DNA of 64,000 bases from Octopus sinensis (lineage: Eukaryota). The position numbers were made by a program, and so were the translations under genes. The stretch lies in contig NC_043019.1 in NCBI RefSeq assembly GCF_006345805.1, forward strand, positions 31,123,360-31,187,359, written 5' to 3'. Each line of letters opens with the position of its first letter. Within the stretch, counting starts at the first letter, position 1. This document shows, in pieces, positions 37,991 to 50,066 of the stretch. Below the pieces are notes generated by a model. That model was not told the DNA's origin and made no database searches. It saw nothing but the letters and a program-made list of their open reading frames with translations.

Positions 37991-38334
37991 GTGTGTTTGT
38001 GTTTGTCCCCCACAACATCGCTTGACAACCAATGTGGGTGTGTTTACATCCCCGTAACTTAGCAGTTTGGCAAAAGGGTCCCATAGTATAAGTACTAGGC
38101 TTACAAAGAATAAGTCCTTGAGTCGATTTGCTCAACTAAAGGCAGTGCTCCAGCATGGCCACGGTCAAATGACTAAAAGAAGTAAAAGAGTAACATACAC
38201 TGAAATATTCCCAAACATGAAAACTACAGCTACTTGACCTGATAAAAATACCAGCCAAGTCTCCTTCAAATTGGCGAGAAATACACATCATTGTGTGTAA
38301 AATACCTGGCACTCCATTGGTTGTGAAGAGGAGG

Positions 38335-38632
38335 GTTCCAGTTGATCCGATCATCAGAACAGCCTGCTCGTGAAATTAATTTACAAGTGGTTGAGTACTC
38401 CACAGACATGCATAGCCTTAACATAGTTCTCAGGGAGATTCAGCATGGCACCAGATGTGAGTGACAAGGCTGGCCGTTTGAATTATAGATACAACTTATT
38501 TCTGTCAGTTGTGTAGACTGGAGTAATGTGAAATAAAATGTGGACAAGGATACCACATGATGCTGGGAATCGAACTCACAACTTTATGGTTGTGAGACAA
38601 GTACCTTAACCACTAACCCATACATCTTCACT
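38335..38632 (-). mobile_element. tRNA-derived SINE, family D-related
   Basis: Minus-strand A-box GGTTAGTGGTTAAGG and B-box GAGTTCGATTCCC. Confidence 0.55.
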
Positions 38633-38704
38633 ATGAGGGAAATGGAACCTTGATTGAGAAAGAACATTGTTCAGCAAAAAGTCATTTACGTGAATGTAAA
38701 TATT

Positions 38705-39135
38705 CTTTTCCACTCTAGGCACAAGGCCTGAAATTTTGGGGGAGGATACCAGTCAATTAGATCAACTCCAGTATGCAACTGGTACTTAATTTATTGACCT
38801 CAAAAAGATGAAATGCAAAGTTGACCTCCGCAGAATTTGAACTCAGAACGTAAAGGCAGATGAAATACCACTAAGCTTTTCACCCAGCATGCTAATGTTT
38901 CTTATTTCTTTACTGCCCACTAGGGGCTACATACAGAGGGGACAAACAAGGACAAACAAACGGATTAAGTCGATTACATTGACCCCAGTGCATACCTGGT
39001 ACTTATTTAATCGACCCCGAAAGGATGAAAGGTAAAGTCAACCTCTGCGGAATTTGAACTCAGAATGTAGCGGCAGATGAAATACCGCTAAGCATTTCGC
39101 CTAGCATGCCAATGTTTCTGCCAGCTCACCACCTC
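38705..39135 (-). mobile_element. Two tandem SINE family B copies
   Basis: Two CORE-like blocks with different tail variants. Confidence 0.8.
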
Positions 39136-39794
39136 ATATGAATGCAAATATTGTACAATGTATATATTGAGTTCACAAAATATGAAGTGTAATATCTTTA
39201 AAATGAATGTTTTTAATTAAACAATATTAAAAGATTATTTATTAAACCTTCACAGAGAAAACAAAGTAAATGTCAATAGTTTACCCAATTAACAAGCACC
39301 AAATAAAAATCTATATTTCTGAAAATGAAAATAAAAATTTGGTTAATAATTTTCTAATTCTTAAATACAAAGACTCTTTGTATTTAAACAGGAAATTGTT
39401 TATATTAAAGTATCTTTTTACACGAACAAATTAATTTAAAACATTTTATTTGTCTCACCATCAGTAAAATGATGGTTATCATATTATTAAACAAAGCAAG
39501 TAATATTGTTCGGTTTTGTTTTTTTTTTCCTAATTTTCAATCTTTAAAGTAGATTTAAAAAAAAAAATTACCCCATAACTTAGCGGTTTGGTAAAAGAGA
39601 CCAATAGGATTGGTACCAGGCATTAAAAGAAAAACAAAAAAAAGAAAACAAATGGTAAAAAACTTGCTTCCTGACCACATGGTTCTAGGTTCAGTCCCAC
39701 TGTGTGACACCTTGGGCATGTGTCCTCTACTACAGACCCGAATAGAACAAAACCTTGTGAGTAGATTTTGTAGACAGAAACTGTACAAGCCCAA

Positions 39795-40025
39795 GGCAGC
39801 GAGCTGGCAGAAACATTAGTACGCCGGTTAAAATGCTTAGCACTATTTCGTCTGTCTTTACGTTCTGAGTTCAAATTCCGCCGAGGTCGACTTTGCCTTT
39901 CATCCTTTCGAGGTCGATAAATTAAGTACCAGTTATGTACTGGGGTCAATGTAATCGACTTAATCCCTTTGTCTGTCTTTGTTTGTCCTCTCTACGTTTA
40001 GCTCCTTGTGGGCAATAAAGAAATA
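39795..40025 (+). mobile_element. SINE family B, well conserved, directly after a family A head
   Basis: GGCAGCGAGCTGGCAGAAACATTAG...CTTGTGGGCAATAAAGAAATA. Confidence 0.9.
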
Positions 40026-41027
40026 AGAAGGATAGTTGTACAGGGGGTGTAACCCCCAAGTGCATGAAGGACTGAAACGGTAGATGAGGCTGATGAGCAC
40101 AATATGGCCAGTGGCTCAGAAGACATGGCAAGAAAGATGTGCGGTATATTAAGGACACACTCTTGATGGAATACAGATTTGTGCCCAGTATTTATGGAAA
40201 AGATTGAGAACCCCACCATGCACATATTTGCACCTGAATCTTGCAGATGATACCTGTATCTGGAATTTCTCAATGACTGCTTCCTGTAAGGAATAGAATG
40301 AACATATTCTATGTCAGTCAGGCATATTGGAGCCGGTGAGAATTAAATGTATCATTGAAAAGGAACAGCTACAACAATAACAACAACAACAGTAAGGATA
40401 GCAACCACAACAACAACGACAAGAGCAGCAACAGCAACAACAGCAACAACTCAGTGGCTGTTGTAATAAGATATAAACTCAGCAACTCAACATCACAGAC
40501 ATTGTTCTTCTGTGTGACTGTATGACCCAAAGGATGGGAATCGATTTATAATCCTGAAACGTATCTGAAAAACGATTGGAAATCGGACTAACTGAAACAC
40601 CGTAGAAGTCGAACTAACTGAAACATGTAAATATCAAAGATGTAGTTAATGGCCTGCAAAATTTAAATAGTCTTTGATCTTTGCCGATTCTGTTTCTGCT
40701 TTGCTGATGCATTTCTCCTGGAATGGAAATAAACATTCAATTATCAATCATAAATCTGCTAAACGTATTGATTTAAGTAATGCAAGATTAGAAGAGACAT
40801 TATTTCTTTTTTTTTTTTTTATTGTTTAGTACTAGACCAGCTCTGATCAAGCTGACCTGTGATAAAAAAAACAAAAACAGAAAGAGCATTTTAGCCATGA
40901 CCAAATAGTTTTCCTTAGTTTTTTAAACAATATGTTTAAATAACTATTTAACTACACATACACACTCAGACACACATCATCATCATCATCGTTTAACGTC
41001 CGCTTTCCATGCTAGCATGGGTTGGAC

Positions 41028-41036
41028 AAAAAAAAA
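41028..41036 (-). terminator. RNA polymerase III oligo-T terminator (T9)
   Basis: A9 on the plus strand, 7 nt downstream of the tRNA-Lys 3' end. Confidence 0.7.
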
Positions 41037-41043
41037 CTGCCTT

Positions 41044-41116
41044 CGCCCACAGGGGGACTCGAACCCACAACCCTCAGATTAAAAGTCTGATGCTCTACCA
41101 ACTGAGCTATGCGGGC
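41044..41116 (-). tRNA. tRNA-Lys (anticodon TTT)
   Basis: GCCCGCATAGCTCAGTTGGTAGAGCATCAGACTTTTAATCTGAGGGTTGTGGGTTCGAGTCCCCCTGTGGGCG, 73 nt. The cloverleaf folds with one G-U pair in the acceptor stem and one T-stem mismatch; A and B boxes are intact. Confidence 0.9.
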
Positions 41117-41689
41117 GCAGCTATATATGTATATATAAGGTGCAGGTGTGGCTGTGTCATAAAAAGCTTGCTTCCCAATCACATGGTTCTGGGTTCAGTT
41201 ACACTGTGTGGCACCTTGAGTAAGTGTCTTCTACTATAGCCTCAGGTCAACCAAAGTCTTGTGAGCAGATTTGGTAGATGGAAACTGAAAGGAGCCTGTC
41301 GTACATTGCTTGTGTTTGATTTTGTTGACTACATAGTATAGTAGGATCAGTTGGGCACTGCCTGTGAGAAAAACAGCACCCTGACATAATTTACTCTGCC
41401 AGAAATTTGGAAACAATATAGAACTGTAATATGCTGTATTGTTTGGCATTCGTGTTGGAAGCTCCAATTTGTGCTAAAATTTGGTTTCAAATTTTGGCAC
41501 AAAGCCAGCAAGTTTGAGGAAGGAGCTAAGTCGATTATATGGACCCTAGTGCTTACCTGGGACTTATTTTATGAACTCTGAAAGGATGAAAGGCAAAGTG
41601 AATCTTGACAGAGTTTGAACTCTGAACATCCAGACAGATGGACAAAAGGCCCAGCACAGTAATGATTCTGCCAAATCAGCTCCATTTCA

Positions 41690-41935
41690 GAGTGTTTGGG
41701 TGTCAATCTGAGGACAGTGTAGAGGATTTGGAAAGAATTGGATGAGTCTTATGGTGATTACAAAGGTACAGCAGCTTGGAAAACTCACTCTGATTGTTCT
41801 GGTGAGAAAAGAACACCTGAATTTGCTGGTAAGATCCAGGCCATCATTGACAACAATCTCTCCAAGTCAATCAGGCCCATCGCCAGGAATATGGGTGTGT
41901 CTCAGTTTCTATAAGGCAGGTAGTATTGTGATGAA
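41690..41935 (+). mobile_element. Tc1/mariner-superfamily transposase N-terminal remnant
   Basis: LGVNLRTV*RIWKEL...KRTPEFAGKIQAIIDNNLSKSIRPIARNMGVS: paired HTH pattern. Confidence 0.6.
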
Positions 41936-42294
41936 TATCTTTACCTTTCAATTGTGGTGATGCCTAGACATTGTCTTGAGAGGATTTTAGTCAAACAAAT
42001 TGATTCCAGTAAAGTCTGGTACCTATTCTGTTGGTTTCTTTTATCAAATCCCTGAGTTACAGGGGCATAAACAAAGCGACACAGGTTACCAAGCAGTGGG
42101 AAGACAGAGACAAATGCAAAGACACAGACACACATACATACATTTTCTATGGCTGGATGCTCTTCCTGTTGCAAACCCTTAATATTACCTTAAGCAAGGT
42201 ACTATTTCTTCAAGGGCAGATATATTTCTACAGCATATTGGAAATATATGACATTTATCTACAACATCACAAAATGTCAAAATAAGGCCACACA

Positions 42295-42461
42295 TAGGCA
42301 CAGGAGTGGCTGTGTGGTAAGTAGCTTGTTTACCAACCACATGGTTCTGAGTTCAGTCCCACTGCATGGCACCTTGGGCAAGTGTCTTCTACTATAGCCT
42401 CGGGCCAACCAAAGCCTTAAGAGTGGATTTGGTAGGTGGAAACTGAAAGAAGTCCGTCGTA

Positions 42462-42522
<61 letters not shown>

Positions 42523-42750
42523 TGTGTGTGTGTGTGTGCATATATGTTTGTGTGTCTGTGTTTGTCCCCCTAGCATTGCTTGACAACTGATGCTGGTGTG
42601 TTTATGTCCCCATCACTTAGCGGTTCGGCAAAAGAGACCGATAGAATAAGTACTGAGCTTACAAAGAATAAGTCCCGGGGTCGAGTTGCTTGATTAAAGG
42701 CGGTGCTCCAGCATGGCCGCAGTCAAATGACTGAAACAAATAAAAGAGTA
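42295..42750 (+). mobile_element. SINE family A, full length
   Basis: Head-to-tail copy. Confidence 0.9.
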
Positions 42751-43884
42751 TACATGCACACATGACAGGCTTCTGTCTACCAAATCCACTCACAAGAATT
42801 TCAGTTAACCTGAAGATATAGTAGAAAACATTTGCCCAAGGTTCCACACAGTAGGACTGCACCTGAAACCATGTGGTCGGGAAGCAGACTTCTTACCACA
42901 GAGCTATTCCTGAAACTACAAATAATATTATGAAAGATCAAAAGTTATGGAGTGACTGAACAATAGAACATCGCAATATATGGAAATATCTATTATGTAA
43001 CTGATGTAATTTATGCTTACACAAAATTATCGATAGATGATGATACTAAGCGAAAACATAAATGGAATTTTAGAATTAGTTATAAGGTTTGTATTATAGA
43101 ATATCACAATATTGGAGATATCTGGAGAAAAGTTATATCAGATAAAATAATGCAACAAGGTAATTTGGAAAGTGTAAGGTTATGCCTGTTCATATAAAAC
43201 CTAATTTTGATTTTTTTTTTTCTTCTTTTTTTATGCAAGTAAATACCAATGTCTTCAGGCAACATTAAAATTTTTTTTTTTTTTTTTTTGTTTTTTCCAA
43301 TATTTCTTTTGGCAATAATGTGACAATGATTCTTAGTTCTTTATTGTTATTTTGATTATTTTGTTATGACAATTCAAACACGTCAGCTCATTTGATACGA
43401 AAATGTTTTGAGACAAGATAAGAATTTCGGGGAAATGGAATCGTGAGTAATAATATTGAAACTACTGTTATTTCTTCTTTAATTTATTTATTTTTTAGTT
43501 TTGTTTTGACTATTAAAGAAAGAATTATGCCCATGAAACACAATTACCAAGTATTCTCTTAAGTGCCAAAACATAATAAAATCTTAATCTTCAAAACATA
43601 ACAGCAACACAGTATTTTACAGACAAATACACAGAGACCAAACTTATTTAAAATAGAATTATGGGGGTCACATGCACCCATGTCAACACTATTTTCTTTA
43701 GCTTCCCCAATATTTCTTTAATGTGTGATAACATTCAAACTGAAATTTAAACTGTGACAAAGAAAATCTAAAACAGTTTTATGTTTGTTAGTCACATGAC
43801 ATGTCTTTGGCTCCATCAGTTTTGTCAGCATTGTTGTTGTTGATATTGTAATAGTTGTATTAGTTTCTCTAACCAGTCTATCCA

Positions 43885-43921
<37 letters not shown>

Positions 43922-44102
43922 ACTCTCTCTCTCTCTCTCTCTCTCCCCATTTCCCCTCTCTCTTTTTAGCAATGTATTCTGTTGTCATATATTTCTCTTT
44001 CTCATAACTTAATTGTTACTCTCTTTGTCCTACTATTTCTATACTCTCCCTATATCTCCTGTCCCCCACTCTCTCTCTATTTAAAAGGAAACCAAAAAAG
44101 CT

Positions 44103-44915
44103 ATCAGGTCATCCCATAAGTTCTGTCAGAATTTTGAATAAAGAAAACAAGTGATCAAATGTTCTATTTAATTGAAATTTAATCAACAATGTACTTTCCC
44201 TCATTATCTATGACTTTCTTCCATCTATTTACAAGCTTTTTAATCCCATCAATGTAAAACTCTTTTGGTTTCAAAGTGAAGAACTCTGAAATGTCAGTTT
44301 TGACCTCCTCCTGGCTTGCAAAAGTTACGTTCCCCAAATGATTCTGTAAACTATGAAACAAATGGTAGTCTGAAGGAACAAGGTCAGGAGAATAAGGTGG
44401 ATGAGGAATTTTTCCCCAACCAAGCTCTTCGATCTTCTGTGATGTGATCTTTGCATTGTCTTGCATTATGATCTTTGTATTGTCTTGATGAAACATCACT
44501 CCTTTTCGATTAAATAAAGCGGGTCTTTTTTACTTCACAGCTTGGTTCAAACGCTTTAAATGCTGACAGTAGACTTGAACATTGATTGTTGCATTAGATG
44601 GTAACAATTCAAAGTGAATTACTCCTTTGCAATCCCACCAGATAGAGAGAAGAACCTTTTTCCCATGAAGTTCCCTTCTCGGTTGTGGTTGAGCTTTTCC
44701 CCTTTTACCAAGCCACTGTTTACAACGTTTAACATATTGATAGAAGATCCATTTTTTGTCACCAGTCACAAGTCTATCCAAAAAGGGAACTCTAACCCTA
44801 ACCCTCACATTCATCAGGCAATATTTAAAGGAGAGGGATATAATGGCTTGTTGATGTGGCGAATCTCTACTATGTCTTGCAGCCAGGTGTTCATGACTGA
44901 ACATGTGCACAACTA
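44103..44915 (-). pseudogene. Mariner (D,D34D-type) transposase catalytic domain with 3' terminal repeat
   Basis: FLDRLVTGDKKW...LHGKKVLLSIWWD...VK*KRPAL...FHQDN...PHPPYSPDLVPSDYHLF...RWKKVIDNEGKY. The two listed ORFs are in frame across one stop; TATCAGGTCATCCCATAAG at 44103 is TIR-like. Confidence 0.9.
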
Positions 44916-45624
44916 GCCCGCAACTATTAAGTGGGTGTATATCTTTGTCATAAGGGAGAAAGCTACATCTTACTTATTTGGAATTATGTAACTTTTACTG
45001 AAAGAAAGCAATACTTAAAGTACCTATTATCTAGAAAATTCTTAAAAATTCCAATTCAAATTATATATTTTTATCAAAATGTGGTTTTCAAATTTCTTTT
45101 TAACTAAGTGATGAACTGTAATTCACCACAAGCGTTTTTAAAATGTTAAACCATGAGATAACATTTTTTAATATCTTACTATTTCCAATATTTCCATTGC
45201 TAAAACATCCACTTTTCATGTTATCCTATTTTATATGATGAACAGAAATAAAAAAAATATGTCATTTCCTGTCTCCGTACATCTGTTGATATATGTTTAT
45301 ATAAGGTTATTGATATTAAAATATACAAATATATTTTATTCACAGAAGAAAATTAAGTTATGCAAACACATGTTAAAACCAGCTATAAGTTTCTTAACAT
45401 GATTTTTTTCCAATACATCCCCAAACATTTTTATAATGCCTTTGAATAAAAAAAAACAAACTTTGAACATCAGAGATTCTGAGTCTGCAAGTTTTAAATA
45501 AAAACTCTTATTTAAATAACAAATTAACAATTGCAATACATGCCATACAAAACGAAATATATTACTATATGTATGTTTTAAATGTAAACAAAATATATTT
45601 ATTTACAAAACCTATTCATACACA

Positions 45625-46680
45625 ATTCTTTTATCTTTTATCTTTTACTTGTTTCGATCATTTGACTGTGGCCATGCTGTGGCAACACCTTCTAGAATTT
45701 TTAGTCAAATGAGTTGTCTCAGTAACTTTTTTAAAGCCTAGTACTTATTCTATCATCTCCTTTGCTGAACTGAACCGCTAAGTTACAGGAATGTAAACAC
45801 AGACACAAAGACAGACAGACTCACATACACACACACATACATATATATATATATGGTGGGTTTCTTTCAGTTTCCGTCTACCAAACATGCTCACAAGGTT
45901 TTAGTCAGCCCAAGTCTATAGTAGAAGACACATGCCCGAGGTGCCAAACGGTAGGACTGAACCCTGAACCATATGATTGGCAATCAAGCTATTTACCCCA
46001 TGTTGTAGTGGATACCCCCAAGTGAGAAGTGGACTGTTCCACTACTGTTAAACAGTGGACAGACACAACAAGCAGGGTCAGTCAGTGAGGTTCACCATAT
46101 GGGCCAGTCATGCAGACAATGAAGGTACATTGTCATAAGACAGGACATATCAGTGGAGACGAGGAGTCAAGCTACACATAGTGGCAGATAAGACTAACAC
46201 AGAACTGAACCACACACAGGGAAAAATATATAAATTCTATTGAAAAAAGATTCTGAAGAAAAATATGTCTGATAAAACTGGAACTCCAACACAGAACTGA
46301 ACTACACATAGTGAGATATAATATAAATCCATTTGAAAGATTTAAGTCAGGTCACTATGTGTTAGTAAGCGCTTCCAGTAAACAATGTAGACTGGTACTA
46401 CCTGTGGCATTCTGAAAAGAAATTAATTCTGTGTGTGGAAGAATAAGAAATGGAAAAAAAAGTAATAATGCTGTGTGAAAGGAGAAAAAAAATCTCAAAG
46501 GGGGAGGTGTTGTGGTGGACAACCCCAAGTGAGAAGTGGGCTGTTCTACTGTTAGATAACGAGCAAACACAACAAGCAGGGTCAGTTATTGAGGTATGCC
46601 ATATGGACCTGTCAGGCAGACAATGAAGTTACATTGTCATAATGCAGGATGTATCACACCACAGCTGTGCCTTACCTGTA
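45625..46680 (-). mobile_element. SINE family A whose head is interrupted by the miniature LTR element
   Basis: The SINE body runs 45625-46000 and the head remainder CACCACAGCTGTGCCT resumes at 46657. Confidence 0.7.
46001..46656 (+). mobile_element. TRIM-like miniature LTR retrotransposon (5' LTR 46001-46152, PBS 46154-46165, PPT 46497-46507, 3' LTR 46508-46656)
   Basis: Both LTRs start TGTTGT and end TATCA. TGGAGACGAGGA follows LTR1, AAAGGGGGAGG precedes LTR2, and the flanks are CCCCA/CACCA. Confidence 0.8.
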
Positions 46681-46709
46681 TGTATGCATACACACACATA
46701 TATGTGCAC

Positions 46710-46930
46710 ATATGGCAGAAACGTTAGCACGCTGGGTGAAATGCTTAGCAGTATTTCGTCTGCCATTGCGTTTTGAGTTCAAATTCCACAGAGGTCAACT
46801 TTGCCTTTCATCCTTTCGGGGTCAATTAAATAAGTACCAGTTACGTACTGGAGTTAATGTAATCGACTTAATCCTTTTGTCTGTTCCTGTTTGTCCCCTC
46901 TATGTTTAGCCCCCTGTGGGCAATAAAGAA
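46710..46930 (+). mobile_element. SINE family B
   Basis: Head through CCTGTGGGCAATAAAGAAATA tail. Confidence 0.85.
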
Positions 46931-47658
46931 ATATATATACATATATACATATATATACATATATATATATATATTCATTTATATAGAAATACACACATAC
47001 GTATATGGTGGGTTTCTTTCACTTTTTGTTTACTCAAATCACTCACAAGGCTTTGGCTGGCCTATGGTTATAGTAGAAGACACTTGCCCAAGCCGCTGCA
47101 CAATGGGATAGAACCTGAGACCACATGATTGTAATGGAAACTTCTCAACCTCATACCCACACCTAAGCCTATCTACTCTTCACACCCTGTTCAGAATGGC
47201 ACTGTCCAAAGTGTCTTTTTTTCTCTTTTTGGTAAGAGATTAAGATATAATGTATGATATGAAGGACACACAGTCAATATTTCTAGCACAGCCAGCTACT
47301 CCATATTATTTTCTCTCATTGTCTGACCATTACAACTGTCGAGACAAATGTCAATCAACCAAGTCAAGTGGACATTTATGTATGCGGTTCTCTGATACAC
47401 AGTATTATAAAATAAAAATTTCATGTATTTCAGACTCTAGTGCAGTTTTCTAGCTTGTTACTATTTTTGGCTTATACAAGAATTATTTTTAGATTATGCA
47501 CAGCATAGCTGTTTGGTAAGAAGTTTGCTTCCAAAACAGATGGTTTCTGGTTCAGTCCCCCTGTGTGGTCCCTTGGGCAAATGTTTTCTATTTCAACTCA
47601 GGTTGACCAAAGCCTTGCAAGAGGATTTGGTGCATGGAAACAGAAAGAAACCCAAGTG

Positions 47659-47730
47659 GCTGGGATTGTCTAGTGGTTAGAACTCCACGTTGTGGCCGTG
47701 GTAACCCAGGTTCGAATCTTGGTCATGGCA
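47659..47730 (+). pseudogene. tRNA-His (GTG), probably a pseudogene
   Basis: GCTGGGATTGTCTAGTGGTTAGAACTCCACGTTGTGGCCGTGGTAACCCAGGTTCGAATCTTGGTCATGGCA, 72 nt. The anticodon arm is perfect, but the acceptor stem has two G-U pairs and one G-A mismatch, and there is no T4+ run immediately downstream. Confidence 0.75.
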
Positions 47731-47780
47731 GTCCCATTTAAACAATGGCAGTGCATCAGCACTTAGCTGAAACTACAGAA

Positions 47781-47822
<42 letters not shown>

Positions 47823-47849
47823 AGAGAAAACAAGAGAGCCACAGACAGA

Positions 47850-47890
47850 CTGAAAAAAGGAATAATTTACAAAGCCTGAAACCGGTACTA
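47850..47890 (+). ncRNA. Degenerate hammerhead motif with palindromic ACCGGT stem III
   Basis: CTGAAAA A AGG ... CCT GAAAC CG GTA; G8 is changed to A and stem I is poor. Confidence 0.35.
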
Positions 47891-47992
47891 AAATGTTCTT
47901 CATGATAAAATTATTTTAGCATTTTCTACCTTGTTTTATTTTCCTTATATATATATATGTATATCAATATATATATATATATACGAATATAT

Positions 47993-48053
<61 letters not shown>

Positions 48054-48060
48054 GTATATA

Positions 48061-48293
48061 TATTCTGTTGTGTCTGGGGAGAGTCATTTTCTTTTTGTGC
48101 CTTATTATGTAACACACTCACCGGTAAAATTTCCACTTTTTTCTTATTTTTGCAAAACTATTGAAAAGGTTGCAAGATGCAGCAAAAATTTTAGGATAAT
48201 AAAAATAAGGTGAAAAAGAGGAAATTTTACCGGTGAGTGTGTTACATTATAAGGCACAAAAAGAAAATGACTCTCCCCAGACATAACAGAATA
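48061..48293. repeat. 74-bp inverted repeat (2 mismatches) with 85-bp spacer, between (TA)n arrays
   Basis: 48061-48134 versus the reverse complement of 48220-48293. Confidence 0.9.
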
Positions 48294-48356
48294 TGCTTCA
48301 ACACACGAACTCATATAAAGGATCTTGCAAACCAAATCCAAAAACGAAATATGTAC

Positions 48357-48389
<33 letters not shown>

Positions 48390-48947
48390 ATATATATGAA
48401 ATAAGTTAAAAATAATAGATATTACATATAATTCTTTTATTAGCACAAATTTGGCTTACACCTGTTTTCAGTTGTCTTTATAGGTGCATTATTTATAGGC
48501 TCACTCAATTGGTTTATAAAGAACGAGAAAAAAATGGAAAACAGGACAAGTTAACAGAGAGAAAAGACTCTTCATCAGTTGTTGGCTGTCTATCTACTCC
48601 TCATTTTGAGCATTCAATGACAATATGAGTCTTCAAAGACAGTTGCTCACATAAATTCTAAAATAAAACTTAGGATTTATGGAGGGTCAAAGCTGAGAAC
48701 CAAAAAAAATGACAGTGGAGACATACAAGGAAACTGAACAAAAACAAACACAGAGGGTTGTTAGACCAGAACGAGAGGAAAGCAGTGAATGCTGGGAGAA
48801 ACATTTTTGTTTTTTGAAAAGAGAAAAGATAGATGAGAGAGAGAAAAACATGTCTGCTCATTGAAACGTTCGTGCAGGAAAAGGAAGATGATCATGTGAG
48901 GAAACGAAAGATGGACGATGGTCATGTGGGAGCAACAAGAGAGAGAG

Positions 48948-49295
48948 AAAATTGAAATAAAAAAGATGTGGCATCTTAAAGCGAGAACTGTTCCTGTTAT
49001 TGTGGATGCCCTAGGTATAACAAAGAGATGTCAGAAACATCTAGATAATATCCCTGAGTTCAAATTCCATCGAGGTCAACTTTGCTTTTCACCCTTTCAG
49101 AGTCAATAAATTAAGTACTAGTTACGTACTGAGGTCGATCTAATCGACCTGGCCTCCTCCTTAAAAATTTTGAGTCTCATGCCTAGAGTAGAAAAGAATA
49201 GAAAAGAATATCCCAGGAGAACCATTTCTCAGAGAAATCCAAAAGTTTGTGCTGACATGTACTGCCCACATCCTTAGAAAATCCCTATCAATTTA
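48948..49295 (+). mobile_element. R4/Dong endonuclease 3' fragment split by a SINE B (49053-49205) with AATATCCC duplication
   Basis: IEIKKMWHLKARTVPVIVDALG...LDNIP [SINE] GEPFLREIQKFVLTCTAHILRKSLSI*. Confidence 0.8.
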
Positions 49296-49519
49296 AATGT
49301 ATGTGTTGTATTACATGGAGGTAATTTAACACAACTGCCCCTGCCACTTCCCCTCCCCAAGCTTTCAGTCATGCTGTAACATCTCTTATCCTTCACTGGG
49401 TGTGTCACCACAAGTGATTGTAACAAACATGCAGATTAAAAGTAAATAATAAATAATAATAATAATAATAATTAATTCTTTTTATTTTAATAATAATTAA
49501 TTCTTTACCCTAACCCTAA

Positions 49520-49799
49520 CTCAGATACCAGGAAACCCCAAAATGGCCGAAATTCAAAAGATAATGCTCATGGGAACTGCTCATATCCTACGCAAAATAC
49601 TTTCTATTTAATCTCAAATTTTAAAACAAACATAATTTTCGTATGGTTTTTTAGACATTCACTAGTACAACACTAAGTACAAAACCAAATATATGGCACC
49701 CTAGGCATAACACCAACACGAACTTCCAACTTGTTGTCTCTTGAGGTCTCTGGGTGAGACTTGGAGCCAACTTGTACAAATGTAAAGCAAAAGTCAAAC

Positions 49800-49800
<1 letters not shown>
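49520..49800 (+). mobile_element. R4/Dong extreme 3' end with a distinct 3' UTR and (AAT)n tail
   Basis: QIPGNPKMAEIQKIMLMGTAHILRKILSI* then about 195 bp of UTR and (AAT)n. Confidence 0.75.
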
Positions 49801-49860
<60 letters not shown>

Positions 49861-49861
<1 letters not shown>

Positions 49862-50066
49862 GGATGGGCTACTCGACCAGAAGAAAATTCTAACCCTGCA
49901 AGGTCATGTGCTGTTTATCTTGATATGCGATCACCATGCCGAGCACATATGGTTGTGATGCATGTGCCTAGTGTACCCTTATCAGACGGGTAGTCATGAT
50001 GGGTATACTGGGCTTCGTATATTTTACCCCAGTGTCACTTTGATGGCATGCACTGCTCTCTCACTC

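Noticed and set aside
40030-40290. Decayed coding-like segment (QWLRRHGKKDVRYIKD...)
   Set aside because: Probably a transposon remnant, but I cannot assign a family from the sequence alone.
48570-48650. Minus-strand CTGATGA with an upstream GCTCAAAA, a possible permuted hammerhead
   Set aside because: Stems I and III do not pair convincingly.
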